Notes: generated by a model from the sequence alone, not told the origin. Shown: positions 26,181 through 39,790, counted from the first letter of the stretch. The stretch: DNA of 64,000 bases from Eledone cirrhosa (GCA_964016885.1 OZ024740.1:124000001-124064000); one strand, 5' to 3'. Numbers and translations are program-made.

Positions 26181-26959
26181 TAACTAAAATTCTCCTAATT
26201 AAGCTGGTGTTAGGAATATAACTCCACAAATTTTCATTCATAATATTATAATGAAAGGTGTTTAGATAAATATAAACACTTTAAAAAAAACGGTTTTTCA
26301 TCATAGGACTAGGACGAGTTTAATGCAGGCAACAAGAGGGTTGAAAAACTGGGAAAGAAATAAACCCATTTCAACCCATGGTTGAAATTCCCCAAAAAAG
26401 GAATCAATCATGAAATGAATATATTTTCGAGACGATGCTTTACAGATGAAACCCCTGCGCGGTGCCAATCATTTTAGTCATGTATTATGGAATGTAGGTT
26501 TACTGTGAACTTATTCTAAAATGGATACACAGAAAAACAAGAGAAAATAGACTCTACATACACTGTAGAACATCATATTTCAGTTATGTTTGGGCCCCTA
26601 GTCTTTCAGATATTTCAAGCCCACTCTGCCACATACATAACATCCCTGCTTTAGCGTGATATATAATTATCTGTATGTATAGAGTACTGAGTTGAATGAT
26701 GAGCCTACAGATCATAACTATTATAGTAACACCTCATCTATATATTTATATAAAACTATATATATATATAGAGATGTTATATAGTAAGGTGTATTATTCG
26801 TTGTGTAAAACGGTCCAATAAATTTATGTTAGCAATAATAAGTTCTCCACGCTTTTGTATATCTCCAATTCCATTCAAGGGAACAGCTAGATGATGTAAA
26901 GCGGAGTATAAGTATCAAAATGAAAATCTGAAGGCAAGGTAAAATTACAATCATTTTAA

Positions 26960-27033
26960 TCACGACACATGTTTCAATAAGAGATAGATCGATCGTAAAT
27001 TCATGATCAATTATCACTGATCTCATCAGGTGA
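26960..27033 (-). ncRNA. Hammerhead-like motif (atypical stem II) in the left PLE arm
   Basis: TCAC-CTGATGA-[47 nt]-GAAAC-ATGT-GTC-GTGA on the minus strand. Confidence 0.6.
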
Positions 27034-27652
27034 AAATGAATTGTCTTCAAATTCTTGATATGAGGGAGAAAATGAGCAATGTTCACTCACAGAGTTTATT
27101 CCCTCATGTGAAGATCCAGTAGTCAGAAATACGGCGACTGCTATCAGCTTCAGTTAAGGTCATAAAACTGTCAAGTCTCCATAGCTGCAAAGGACGTAGA
27201 AAAACAGTCGGTCACAGTTAATGTGAGTGGGTACACACACACTCCTTACCCATACACACCGGCTCGAGGTCAAAGAAAAAAATATATATATACACATATC
27301 AACACAGCATCAAACCTGTAGAACTATAGAAGGTCACAATTAGTGTGAGTGGGTACACACATACTCACACACACACCGAAGCGATGTCATAGAAAAACAA
27401 CAAATATAAGAATAAGAATATATCAACACAGGATTCACCGAAAATTCGTTTACAAAACAACAAATGCTATATTGGTCAAATCTCAATTTGACGATGTAAA
27501 TTGGAAATATTGAGTTAACCACAGCCCCATACACACACACACACAAGCAAATAAGTTCAGTTCAGTATTCTGTTATACATGTATAGATTGAATTGTAACA
27601 TCCGTATCTTCAAGTGTATGTTATGGATTATCCACATCCGTATCGTCCAAAA

Positions 27653-27973
27653 AATGTTGGGGCAACTGCCACTGAATTTAAGGATAGATGGTATAATCAC
27701 CACCATACCTTTAATAGATTAGATTAAAAAAATAGCACGGCGCTTTCTGAATTAGTCTGGATGCTTAAACATCAGAATATAGAGCACTCCTTATCCTGGT
27801 CCATAATTTTCTCAGCCCAACCTTATAACTGCAGCACGGTTTGCAATTTATGTGTAGCTGAAACCTTTAATATTATTAGAGGCGGCCCCCTATTAATTAA
27901 TAGGAGAGCTGATTTTTGCAGCAATTGCCAACATAGAACCTCGAAAACCTTCTGCAGGATTTTTGGAAAGTAA
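27653..27973 (+). pseudogene. GIY-YIG endonuclease C-terminal remnant of a Penelope-like element
   Basis: In frame: NVGATATEFKDRWYNHHHTFNRLD*KNSTALSELVWMLK...SWSII...PY...CNLCVAE...LINRRADFCSNCQH. This matches the PLE endonuclease pattern YxG..F..R..NH...STxLS..IW.LK...CxLC..E...LN.R....CxH. One stop at 27725. Confidence 0.85.
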
Positions 27974-28576
27974 CTTCCTACTAACTCCTCCCTCTATACT
28001 TTAGCCATATAATTCTCTCAATAAACAGACAGTCATACACTCAGGTAGTTAGACGGTTAAGATTGTTTTCACACTTACAAACGGTACCAGACTTGTTTCC
28101 ACAGAGTTGTCACGGCTGAGATTTGACTGATGTAGCATTTGTTTGTTTTGTAAACGAACTTTCGGTGAATGCTGTGTTGGTATATTCTTATTCTTATATT
28201 TGTTTTTTCTATGCCATCGCTTCGGTGTGTGTGTACCCCCTCACACTAATTGTGACCTTCTATAGTTCTACAGGTTTGATGCTGTATTGATATGTGTATA
28301 TATTTATTTTTTTTCTTTGACCTCGAGCCGGTGTGTATGGGTGTTGAGTGTGTGTGTACCCACTCACATTAACTGTGACCGACTGTTTTTCTACAGATCT
28401 GATTAATGTCCAGCGTCCTTTGCAGTTATAGAGACTTGACAGTTTTATCACTTTAACTGAGGCTGATAGCAGTCGCCGTATTTCTGACTGCTGGATCTTC
28501 ATATGAGGGAATAAACTCTGTGAGTGAACATTGCTAATTTTCTCCCTCATATCAAGAATTTGAAGACAATTCATTT

Positions 28577-28650
28577 TCACCTGATGAGGTCAGTGATAAT
28601 TGATCATGGCTTTACAATCGATCTGTCTCTTATTGAAACATGTGTCGTGA
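28577..28650 (+). ncRNA. Hammerhead-like motif (atypical stem II) in the right PLE arm
   Basis: TCAC(28577)-CTGATGA(28581-87)-[47 nt]-GAAAC(28635-39)-ATGT-GTC(28644-46)-GTGA; helix I extends via TCATTTT/AAGATGA. Confidence 0.6.
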
Positions 28651-28688
28651 TTAAGATGATTGGAATTTTACCTTGCCTTCAGATTTTC

Positions 28689-28739
<51 letters not shown>

Positions 28740-28740
<1 letters not shown>

Positions 28741-29235
28741 TGGCTGCAAACTCTGTTAAGTATATTGCAATTGCTCGTCAGATTCAGATGTGTTACGCTT
28801 GGATATGGCTTTTGAAGCCTGCTAGGGACTTGCACTCCTTCACACATTGATGACATTTATGGATCCTCCCTGGGCTCAGGTCTTGCATCAGGTTGTCTGT
28901 GAACCTTCGCAATACCGTGGAGATCATAGTTCACTGGTTCTCTTTGAACATGGCTTTGACTGAGGTTCCTGAGACCAGATTTGCTCAAGTAAATCTTTCC
29001 ATACTCAGGGCACACCAATTCAATGGAGACACCGATCGATTCAAGGGATATGCCAGGGCATTGCTTACACACATCCCATATTATCTTCTCATGCTCTATG
29101 CATCTGTCCTCAAAATTATAGACCCCATCATTCACCATTCCATGCCAAGTTTCTCTTTCAAGAGCTTCCATCTCTCATTCAACCACCATCAATTCAGTTT
29201 TTTTCATTGAATCCTTTACACAATCTTTGAATTGG
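28740..29235 (-). mobile_element. 3' fragment of an RTE-1-type LINE with C-terminal zinc finger
   Basis: ERETWHGMVNDGVYNFEDR...LVCPEYGKIYLSKSGLRN resembles the RTE C-terminus. Confidence 0.6.
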
Positions 29236-30558
29236 AGCTTTGGATATACATATACATTTGTATGTATATGTGTGAATATACATGCACAAAGCTGCCTCAC
29301 CAATTACACTCCAATACCTATATACGCCAACACACAAAAATAGGGCCGATGATCATATATACGCACACCATCTCACAAAAAATAACAAAGTCTATATTTT
29401 TTTGTCACATCACCAGATCAATAATGGAGTTGAGTCAATAACTCCTATAGTTGAATTTGAGACAATCTTTTGCACAACCTGTGTAACATGTCAATACATA
29501 ATAATACATGGAAACAAAACTTCCTCATTTTTTCTAATATATATATATATTAGGATTAAACAAGTATTAAAATAATAAGAGCATTCATTATTCAACAGAG
29601 TACTTAATACTTAGAATTAGAGTGTGGCTATATTAGAAAGAGTCATGATGGCTGAGCTGGAATCGGCTGTTGAAACAGTAAGAGTTTAGATGTAGGGCTC
29701 CAACTCTTTATATATATATATATATATGCATGTGTATGCGATGTGTGTAAATATGTATATATGATTTATATATATATGAGCTATTATATATTTTTGATGT
29801 ATAAATTGTATGATGAACTCATTCGTAATATTTGTCAGGCATTTTTCTTGATTTAGTGTATATGTTAACATACCAATTACATTGCTAATAAATGTTTCCA
29901 CGAATAAAAAAAAAAAGAACAGAAAAAATATCGTTTCTCGCCTTTAATTTTTTTTCTTGTCTGTCATCAAATGACAGCACTATCAGGAGTGTAATTTTTT
30001 TTAACATAAGTTATGAGAAGATGACCATCCATGTAAATGTCTTTTTCTATCCTATAATTCAATATTTTAGTGTATGGTTCATCCTGTAATTACTCACTGT
30101 GCATTCATTAATCTTTCGTACTTTCATAATTGGAATTTATTATGAATTTCTATATAATATAAATTATCATCATCATCATTTACTATCTAGCAAGGCTTAG
30201 ATGGGTCATAATAAACCAAGTCAATACTTAATCAGAGCCAATTCTCTTGCACTCCCGTGTGCACTATGCATTTTATCATGGCACTAACACTAGGGAATTT
30301 GTTATCTCTTTGAGACAATTGATGAGACCTTTCTATGGTTTGTTGAGCAACTTTACTACAGCTGTATGACCTTTCTCTCTTCAGTCACTTTACAGAGTAT
30401 AATAGTTGTGTTTATCATGTATACCAACAACTCTAGAAACTATGTCAAATAGAGAATGTATGAGCATGATGCAGTTGCTATGACTCCTCTGGTTTGATAC
30501 AGTGACAACCTGTCCAACTAATTCTAGAATGGAAAGCAGATCCAAAATGATGATGATG

Positions 30559-30598
<40 letters not shown>

Positions 30599-33500
30599 AG
30601 ATTTATTTACAAATAAGGAATCAAAACATATCAAATACGTTTAGAATATTGTTTCTCAATAAGCAAGCTCAATAGACATTATCCAGAGCCATAATAACTA
30701 AATAAAGAGATATATGTATATATACATAGTCCACGCTGGAAATCTGGTTGGTATTAGGAAGGGGATCCAGCTGTAAAAACCTGCTAGAGACGCTTCCGTG
30801 CGAGCAAGGCATGGTCTCCTGACCATTCCTGCATCAAATGGAACAAAACCATCTAACCCATGCTAGCGTGGAAGATGGACGTTAAACAATGATGATGATG
30901 ATGATGATAGAGAGAAAGAGCCATATATCGCACAAGAAAAATGGTATATTGTATATATACCAAATACATATTTTGTAGACGAATACTTACGAAGGTGGAA
31001 TCTAACGAGCCTCCAGGCTCAAGACAGACTTTAGATTTGTGAAAGGTGACAAATTGTCTTAGTTGTTAGAATTGACTGTGGCCAGTTCAGTTTGCCAGGT
31101 CCATAGACACACAATTTTTTTTCTTTTTGTTTTTTCCATTTCTGATACTATTTCAAGAGGCACCATTACTGCTGCTTTCCCATCTTCAAATGTTAATATC
31201 ATTTTGGCCTGGCCAATTCAACCTGTTTGTTTTCCAGTTATTATACAAATTTTACTTTTTTATTTGCATTTCCAATGTCTGATAAAGTTTGTTTTGTTGT
31301 TGATTTAATTAATTTTTTCATCAGTTTTGTTGTTATTGTTCTTGTTATTTTCATCACTGCTGCCATTGTTGTTGATATTCATGTTGTCATTGATGTTGTT
31401 TAAGGTGTTGATATTATTTATACTAATGTTTTTTGTGGTTGTTGTGTTGGTGGAATTGTTAATAGTGTTGTTGTTGCTGCTGTTGTTATTGTTGACATCA
31501 CAGTTTCTCACCTCATCACCGTTAGTTTGTTGAGTGTTGGTGGCAAGAGTGTTTGTTTAAGGAAGGACAGAGTGAAAGAGAAGAAGATGATTTTGACACC
31601 AAGTCGTTTTTTTTTTTTTTTTTTGTATTTTAACTTTGTTAAAACAAAAGCTTTTGTATTTTCTGCCCTAAAAGACAGACATGAATAAGGTTAACTGGCT
31701 CCCTATATGGGGTTGGTGTCATAAGTCATAATAATTAAAACTGAATCTTTTTAGAACCCCTAAAATGTGTTTAAACCAGTAAATAGTGACCTACTTTAGG
31801 AGTGAAGAAGAAGAAGAAGAAGAAGAAGAAGAAGAAGAAGAAGAAGAAGGAGGAGGATGTGGAGGCGGAAGAGACACTGTGTTTTACTAAAACTTATCTC
31901 ATTTTAAAAGGGTATCTGTGACATAAAACATGTTATATCAAATTATGTTGGAAATATTTAATTTAATTGAGAACACTTTAAAATAGGTGATTTGGTTTTA
32001 CTGAATTAGAGACAGTTGTAGGTGGGTTGTATCAAAAGGTAAATTCACAAATTCAAATCTGAAATCTACAAGGGTAATAGATATCCGATAATTTTGCTAA
32101 CTTTTCTTTATTTTTATTGAAGGCATGTTTGATAAAGTTTGACGAATTTTAAAGTATTTAAATCCACTAATACAATATATATTCGACCATAACTGGTACT
32201 CATGGATTTTTCAAATTATTTAAACATACCACAAAACATATTTATTTATAATTATACATCCATCCACAAAATAAAAAATATGGTGAAATTGATAACGATC
32301 ATAGCAATGATTATAATAACAAAAATACAATCAACAACAGTAAAAGGAAGATTGTAAATATTTGTAATTCTTGTAAATATTTGTAAATAATTGTAAATAT
32401 TTGTAATTCATTTATTTCCATAGGGCGACTAATGTCATATTGTTTCTATCATAATTTTATTGTTTTATTTGATGAATGAAAATGTATCATTCAAGCAAAT
32501 AATTCCAACAAATATTTAATTCTGTTCTAAAACAACAATTGTTAATTAAAAAATATTATGAAGAAGCCTTCTATTGTCCCAAACATTAAAATGTAAGGAT
32601 TTCATTACCATTGTTTGTTGGGAGGGGGATAGGGGATATTTTCATCTTGGATTCTCAGCATATAGCATGAAATCACAAAAAAGAAAGAATATGCTCTTAA
32701 GAACCAAGGTTCACACCTCCACAACAACTTTCATCATTTTGGGAACAGATATCTGTCTTTAAATCAATTTTATTATATAAACCACAAACAGTTTGGGAAG
32801 TGACAAACATGACTGAACTTAGAAATAACTGCCTCAGAGTATTTTGGTATGCCATTCAACATTCTTAGTTTAGATCTGAGACATCTTTGCCTTTCACTTT
32901 TGTGGGGTTCATATAATATGCAGTGACAATATATGATAAAAAAAGAAAGAAAATACGAGAGGCAATAATCATTAAATAAAACGAAGAAAACTATGTTTCT
33001 ATTTGCCTTTGCATTGCTGACACTATCTGTGATCACAACTTTTGACGATATACTTGAGTTGATTTAATCAGTTGGTATGACCAGGTAGTTAAGCAGCTTA
33101 CTTCACAACCACAAAGTACCAGGTTTGATTTCACTGCATGGCATCTTGAGCAAGTGTCTTCTTCGATAGCCTCAACTTGACACAAACATTATAAGTGAAA
33201 TTGAGTAGACAGAAGCTGTGTGGAAGGCCACAAAATGGACAAGATATCATGTTGATTATTTCTGGGGATTATTTTAAGTGTTCAAGTATCTGTAGATTCT
33301 CAGCCACTTACACATTAATACAATGACTAAGCCATTTAGTTCATTAAACAATTAAGATACTCATCATCTGACCGAGCATCCAATTACATTTATTGTTTTG
33401 TAGAATTTTATAGGTGCTTGACTCAGTGGTTAGTGAATCGTATTTGCAATTGTAAGGTTGCGAGTTTGATTCCCAGAACGAGTGACGCGTTATATACTTG

Positions 33501-34151
33501 AACAAGACATATATTTCACATTGCTCTTTCTACCAGGAATTGTAACTGGTAGATAGTAAGAGATTTGGAAAGAAAACAATGGCAACATTGTTTCCCTGGT
33601 GTGATTTGACGAGTTGCACCCCACTTAATAATTGAATGATGTGTAAAATCTTGTCGAGTATTTCATTTTCACATAGCTTTCTTGAATTGTTTGATATCAT
33701 TATATATGTTTGTGGACAGTAGATTGGCAGAGTCAAAGTGTCAAACAAGTGCTTTGCAGTATTTCTGCTCTTTATGTTCTGAGCTCAGATCCCATTAAGG
33801 TCAGTTTTGCCTTTCATCATTTTGAGGTCAATAAACAAAGTACCCACCACTAAACTACTGAAGAAGAAGAAGAAGAAGAAGAAGAAGAAGAAGAAGAAGA
33901 AGAAGAAGAAGAAGAAGAAGAAGAAGAAGAAGAAGAAGAAAAAGAAATTAACCTATTAAGAGAGGCTGGGTGGCAGCAGTATGCATCTACTTAGTGCAGA
34001 AAAGTAGAATCTGTCATAGTAGCAGTAACATAAACGGAGTGAGAAGTATCTGGGATACATGTATATCTCAACTGATATAAAAAAAACAAAATAAAATATA
34101 TAAAGACATTTATGAATTAATTTATACAAATCAAGTAATGAAGGATTTATC

Positions 34152-34338
34152 GATTGGCAGTATCGGTAGGGGGTCAGACGCCATGCTTTGATACATAGAG
34201 TTACGGCCCTTGCCATTCTGAGTTCAAATCCCGCCGAGGTTAACTTTACCTTTCATCCTTACGGGGTCGATAAAATAAAGTACCAGTAATGTACTGGGTA
34301 ATTGCTGGCTTTGTGCCAAAAAGTAGAAACAATTATTT
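34152..34338 (+). mobile_element. Nin/Deu-domain-like tRNA SINE
   Basis: Same family as 25526-25720. Confidence 0.88.
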
Positions 34339-36065
34339 ATCATAATGAGAAGGTGACAAATGTACATATACAACATCATGCAACATTCTTGATTATTTTC
34401 AAATAGATAGTGATTTTCATTGAAAATAAGTTATTGCAAGAGTTAAAGATGCAAATACTAATTGTTTCATGGATATTGGATAACATCCTTCATATTCCAA
34501 ATGTATTCCTTTGAGATATACGTATAACAATTCCACTCTTTGAAGAAAATTTAATTATACAGGTTCCTAGGCCTCTGTCAATTCTGACAGTGAGCGTTCC
34601 AGTTTTGATCAACAGAACAGCCTGCCATAACATTAACAGTGCATACCATCTCTTCTAGTTATTTCATATTGTTCCTCTCTACCTCCTGCTTTTCAGACAT
34701 TCCAAGCCTTTATAAATACACTTACACCTGTATACACATATATATATATTCCAATCTCATTGATGGTCACATTTAACCACATGACCACAACTGATTATGA
34801 AAACTGCAAAGTGTGAAGAAGGATATATGTGACTATTTACCTTTGTAGGTAACATGGTAAAAACCTCCCAGCCCACACTGTAAACGTGGTTGGTGTTAGG
34901 AAGGGCATCCATAGATAGAGAACCTGCCAGACAGTCCCATACAAGCGATATTGCCTCAAGTAGGACAATTCCCGTCTAAACCCATGATAGCGTGGAAGAT
35001 AGACGTTAAACGATGATGATGATGATGAAGATGATGATGATATATATATATATATAAACATGTAATGGCATGGCATAATGTTTCGTTGCTTGATTTTCAG
35101 AGAGTACAAGTGTATAGGTCTGGATTGCAGCTTGTATTTGTATCAAACCAAGTTTGATACAAATACCTATCCTCCTATTCTTGAAGATAAACTTATAACA
35201 ATATTTTCATATGGTGTTCAGTGTAGAATTGGTGCACCATAACCTTGTGTGTGAAAAACAATTGGTGCCATGGTGAGTATGAAGCCTGCCTTGGAATCCC
35301 ATAGGGCTAACCCCTGCTTTAGCTGGGAAAATTGCCTGAAATCTTTTGATATTAAACCAGTTTAAACCACTCCTGGTCCTACTTTACGAAAGCACTTCTT
35401 TTAAAATGTATACATTCATTTGCAAACTATGCATCATAATAGTATATGTAAAAAAGCTTTAAGCTATGCTTCAAATGCTAATTTAATGATAAGAAAGTTG
35501 GTTATATTACTAATTCCAGATTCTTGAGTATTTTCCAAATTATTTTAAAGTGTCCTTTATTAGAAATATGGTAATGAGAGGATCAAAATGCTTGTTGTTA
35601 AGGTGTTGGTTAATTTAGAGAAGAAAAAAGAAAAAAAGAACAGAGTCTTATTCAGAAAATACAAAAGAAAGGGAGGCATATAATGGAATCAAATAATTTC
35701 TTTGGCTATGAAATCCTTGGAAGACATGGGACTAATAATGATAATAATTTACATAAAATATCCAAGCAGCATGTTCAAAATTGCTGAATAATTTACTCCA
35801 AACATGTCCAGAAATTTTTCAACCTAGAATTTTAGAGCATATTCAGTTCTATGCTGAGACAAGGCAACTAAAGAAATGTCAAGAAATTATTAAAAATTAA
35901 ACATTAATTATATGTTGTACAAAACTATATGTTGTATCAAAATGAATTTGATACAGCCAAATTTTGACATGTATATCTGCATTTGTTTGTGTGCGTGTAT
36001 ATATATATAAAATTTAAAGGGCATATACATATAAACTAGACAGAGTCATAGATATATATATATAT

Positions 36066-36661
36066 GTTTTTGGTAACCATTCATAGTGTGGCTCAATGAC
36101 GAATTAATGAAATAATTAATAATCACATTTTCAACTCGAGTTGAAAATCCGTTAGAGGAAATACGTGTCCTCAAAGAGGATTTGCTAATAACTTGTCCTA
36201 TGGACTGAAAAATCTACATAATACGGACATAACCTCCCAGTGTTCTACCACTGGACACCACCAGAGGGCTAACGTCCTCTGGTGGTTTTCAGCAGAAGCA
36301 AGGGGGACAACATCTATGCATTTCAGGCTTAGCTCCGGTATTATCCCCATTAGCCCCGGTGTTTGTATAGCTATTGCTTTCTAAAACCGTATTTCTTTAG
36401 AAATACGAAATTTCTATACATATTATATAAAGTTATGCTTGAAGCGAAACTTTATTTCTTTTCTATTATAAGTTGAGCCAACTTATGCAGCTTCATATGC
36501 AAATGAGTTTAATCACCTCATTTATACAGGCAAGAAAACTATATATTCTCGACTGTTTTCAAGTCCAGCTGTAGCAAGTGGTGGGAGGGACCATCCTGAT
36601 GAAGGCCAGTCAAGCCTGAAATGCATAGACGGTTGTCCACTTTCTTCTGCTGGACACCAAC
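36066..36661. mobile_element. Non-coding HHR-bearing element with divergent arms (PLE pLTR/retrozyme-like)
   Basis: 36290-36330 is an inverted, diverged copy of 36612-36652; many local hairpins; (TA)n on both flanks. Confidence 0.7.
36590..36633 (+). ncRNA. Minimal type I hammerhead ribozyme
   Basis: ACCATC-CTGATGA(36596-602)-AGGC cagtcaa GCCT-GAAA-TGCA-TA-GACGGT; palindromic TGCA loop; predicted cut after 36627. Confidence 0.85.
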
Positions 36662-37044
36662 ATATATATATATATATATCATCATCATCACCCCTTAATG
36701 TCCATTTGTCCATGCTAGCATGCGTTGGACGATATATATATATATCATCATCATCACTGTTTAACATGCACTTTTCCATGCTAGCATTGGCTAGACGAGG
36801 TGTCCTGTTGTGAGACAAGTCAGATCAGGTGATCATGTCTTGCTCTTATAGAAATGGTTCTGGAATTGTTTCTACAGCTGGATGACCTTCCTAATGCCAA
36901 CCACATTTACAGTGTGTACTGGGTGTTTTTTGTCACGACACATACACAACCATTTTGCAGTGTGGGACATATATAAACACATGCACAGTTGTTTTCAATC
37001 CACTAGATAAAGAATCAGAATTTATGTTGGTTTTAGGTCTCACT

Positions 37045-37465
37045 GATAATTTCTTTGATGCTTACATCCTACCAATTGTGTTTATATGGTCTTGACTGTA
37101 TTAATTGGACGACAAGGTCACTTCAGAAGCTCTCTACATTCCAGACCTACATCATGAGACTTATGACTGGCAAGCAGTTCAGTGACCGAATTACATCAAT
37201 TGTCAAGTCAAGAGTACTCAAATTATACGGCCATATAAAAAGATCAACTTGTGGTGTGAGTAGGTTATGCCTGGAAGGAAGGTTGGCTGGTAAGAAAAGC
37301 AGAGGCTGGCAGCCAAAACGATGGCTTGACAATGTCAACTTATGGACTGGACTTGCATTTGCTCTTTGAACTCTACTGCTGGAAGTTTGTGGAGAGAGAT
37401 ATCACATGTTAATGCGCAGTCTGCAACTGGCGGAGTTTAGCACCACAAGAAGAAAAAGAAGAACA
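37045..37465 (+). mobile_element. 3' fragment of an RTE-type LINE
   Basis: LYGLDC...LKLYGHIKR...LEGRLAGKKSRG.QPKRWLDNV; AAG-rich tail. Confidence 0.7.
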
Positions 37466-38324
37466 TATTTTCGTGTGGTGTCAAAACAGAAAATTCTTGT
37501 GACATCATAAGTGATGGTTCTCAACAGGTTTTTTAAATAGTATAAAAGTTATAGAATACATTTCTAACTTCCTTTAACTGTTTTGGAACAAGTCTCACCA
37601 AACCCAGCTCTGGTTCTATGAAATGAACAATCCATTGGATTGGGTTCTTATTTTAATTTAAAATTTCAGACATAATGTTATATAAGAACTAAATAATTAA
37701 TAAATTTAATAAATAATTCAAACTATTTCATGAATTAACTGAAGTAGAGTGTATTTAGTTAGAAATTTAGTTATTAGAGGGCTAAAACAAATAGGTATAA
37801 TAATAAACTTAGGCGAATTGTTTACCTGGAGTATAAAACTCACATGGATCCATTATATATTATCCTAGAAATAATAGGACAACAAGCATATATAGCAAAG
37901 AGGGAAATTGAAAGTTAAAAATTTACCAATGCTCTGCAATGGGAGAATCAGTGGCATGTTCTTGATTGCAAAGCAGTGTATCAGTAAAACTGTAGCTAAT
38001 GTCATAAATAAGTGTGTAAGGAATGATAACAGTGTTCTTGCATGTACTAACACCAAGAAAAGAGAGATATAGAAATGTTAACACAAAGTATTTTCAAATG
38101 TGGAGAATGCATGAGACAGAAAGCATGTCTATCTTACATCAGTGCAGGGGAATTACATATATATGCATACACACATACATATATACATGCATACATACAT
38201 GCACAAACACACACATTCATAAATGCATACACACATACATACATATATACATGCATACATACAAGCACAAACACACATTCATTAATACATACACATATAC
38301 ATACATACATGTATACATACGTAA

Positions 38325-38830
38325 GCCACATTGTTGCCAGCTGCGAAAGAATGTCATCTGGATACTACCTCCCCATGAGACACGATGGAATAGCTAGAAC
38401 CATATGGAATACAATTCGGAAAACAAAATTAACAACAAAGGAGGAAGAATATATTGAGACAGATGGCACTAAGGAATACTGGTGGAACCTGCAAATAAAA
38501 ACTGCCACCAAATTAAAGCACAACCGGCCTGATATTGTTGTTTGGGACCACACATTGAAAATGTGTTCAGCTGCCCACTTGTTGTAAACGTTGTCAGAAA
38601 AATACAGGAGAAGGAGGACATCTACGGACCATTGATGAGGAGTTTACAAACCCAGTATCCAAGATAAACCTTTAGCTTCATACCCATCATTATTGGAGCT
38701 ACGGGTTATATACTTGGATTTGCAGACAAATAGCACAGCTCCCTAATTCATAGTCTACAAATGGCTGCGATAGCTGGCACCTTCAAAATTTGCAAAACAT
38801 TCTTGCGATTCAAGGGATAACAATTTCTTT
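38325..38830 (+). mobile_element. R4/Dong-like non-LTR element, restriction-like endonuclease C-terminal fragment
   Basis: HIVASC...RHDGIA...WWN...KHNRPDIVVWD, then (frameshifted) KEDIYGPL...PIIIGATGYI; embedded in (CATA)n repeats. Confidence 0.8.
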
Positions 38831-39349
38831 TCTTTTACAACCTTGCCACCAGGAAGGTGGCCAGTCAAAAAATATACTAGAAATTAAGAGAAAGAGATAA
38901 CATATATGCATACATACATGCACTAGCACATACATTCATAAACACATACATATATACATACATGCATACATGCATACATGCATACATGCACACATGCATT
39001 CATACATGCATACTTACACACATACATACATGTACACATAATTACATACATGTATACATACATACACACAGTTACATATAAATATACATACATGCACACA
39101 CACATACATATGCACACATACACACACATAGACATACATACATACATAGTTACATACATATGGAAAAGAGATGATTATTGTCCTTAGCAATTACGGTTTG
39201 TGAATCAGACTGATTGCCTTAATCTGGAGAATATTAAGTCATTGGAGGAACATGATGAGTGTTATTAACAGAAGCAAGAATAAATGGAAATTTGATAGTG
39301 GACTGTGAAGTGATAGTTGTGTTGGTATTGGTGGTTGTATTACTGGAGG

Positions 39350-39790
39350 AGTGGGTGGTGGTAGTGGTGGTGGTGATAATACTGGAGCTGTGGATGGTGG
39401 TGGTGGTGATAATGCTGGAGCTGTGGATGGTGGTGGTGGTGATAATACTGGAGCTGTGGATGGTGGTGGTGGTGATAATACTGGAGCTGTGGATGGTGGT
39501 GGTGGTGATAATACTGGAGCTGTGGATGGTGGTGGTGGTGATAATACTGGAGCTGTGGATGGTGGTGGTGGTGATAATACTGGTGGAGTGGATGGTATGG
39601 TGGTGGTGGTGGTGATAATACTGGAGCTGTGGATGGTGGTGGTGGTGATAATACTGGTGGAGTGGATGGTATGGTGGTGGTGGTGGTGATAATACTGGAG
39701 CTGTGGATGGTGGTGGTGGTGATAATACTGGTGGAGTGGATGGTATGGTGGTGGTGGTGGTGATAATACTGGTGCTGTGGATGCTGGTGG
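39350..39790. repeat. 33-bp minisatellite with longer variant units
   Basis: Unit GATAATACTGGAGCTGTGGATGGTGGTGGTGGT in tandem, degrading into GGT-rich sequence to ~40100. Confidence 0.92.

Larger units (their letters stand above)
26772..28693 (+). mobile_element. Penelope-like element, 5'-truncated, with inverted pseudo-LTRs (Naiad-like endonuclease)
   Basis: Inverted arms of ~570 bp (26918-27490 vs 28112-28693) enclose a GIY-YIG remnant; HHR-like motif in each arm; (TA)n at both outer ends. Confidence 0.88.

Noticed and set aside
29635-29690. Hairpin followed by GAAACAGTA resembling an HHR 3' half
   Set aside because: No CUGANGA box and no helix I partner.
31305-31533. Asn-rich and Leu-rich ORFs
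   Set aside because: Low-complexity (AAC)n sequence with stops on both sides.
39259-39689. ORFs with repeated MVVVVIILELW or GGGGDNTGAVD peptides; also considered as a CRISPR-like array
   Set aside because: Translations of a 33-bp minisatellite that is open in several frames; no unique spacers, splice evidence or cas genes.
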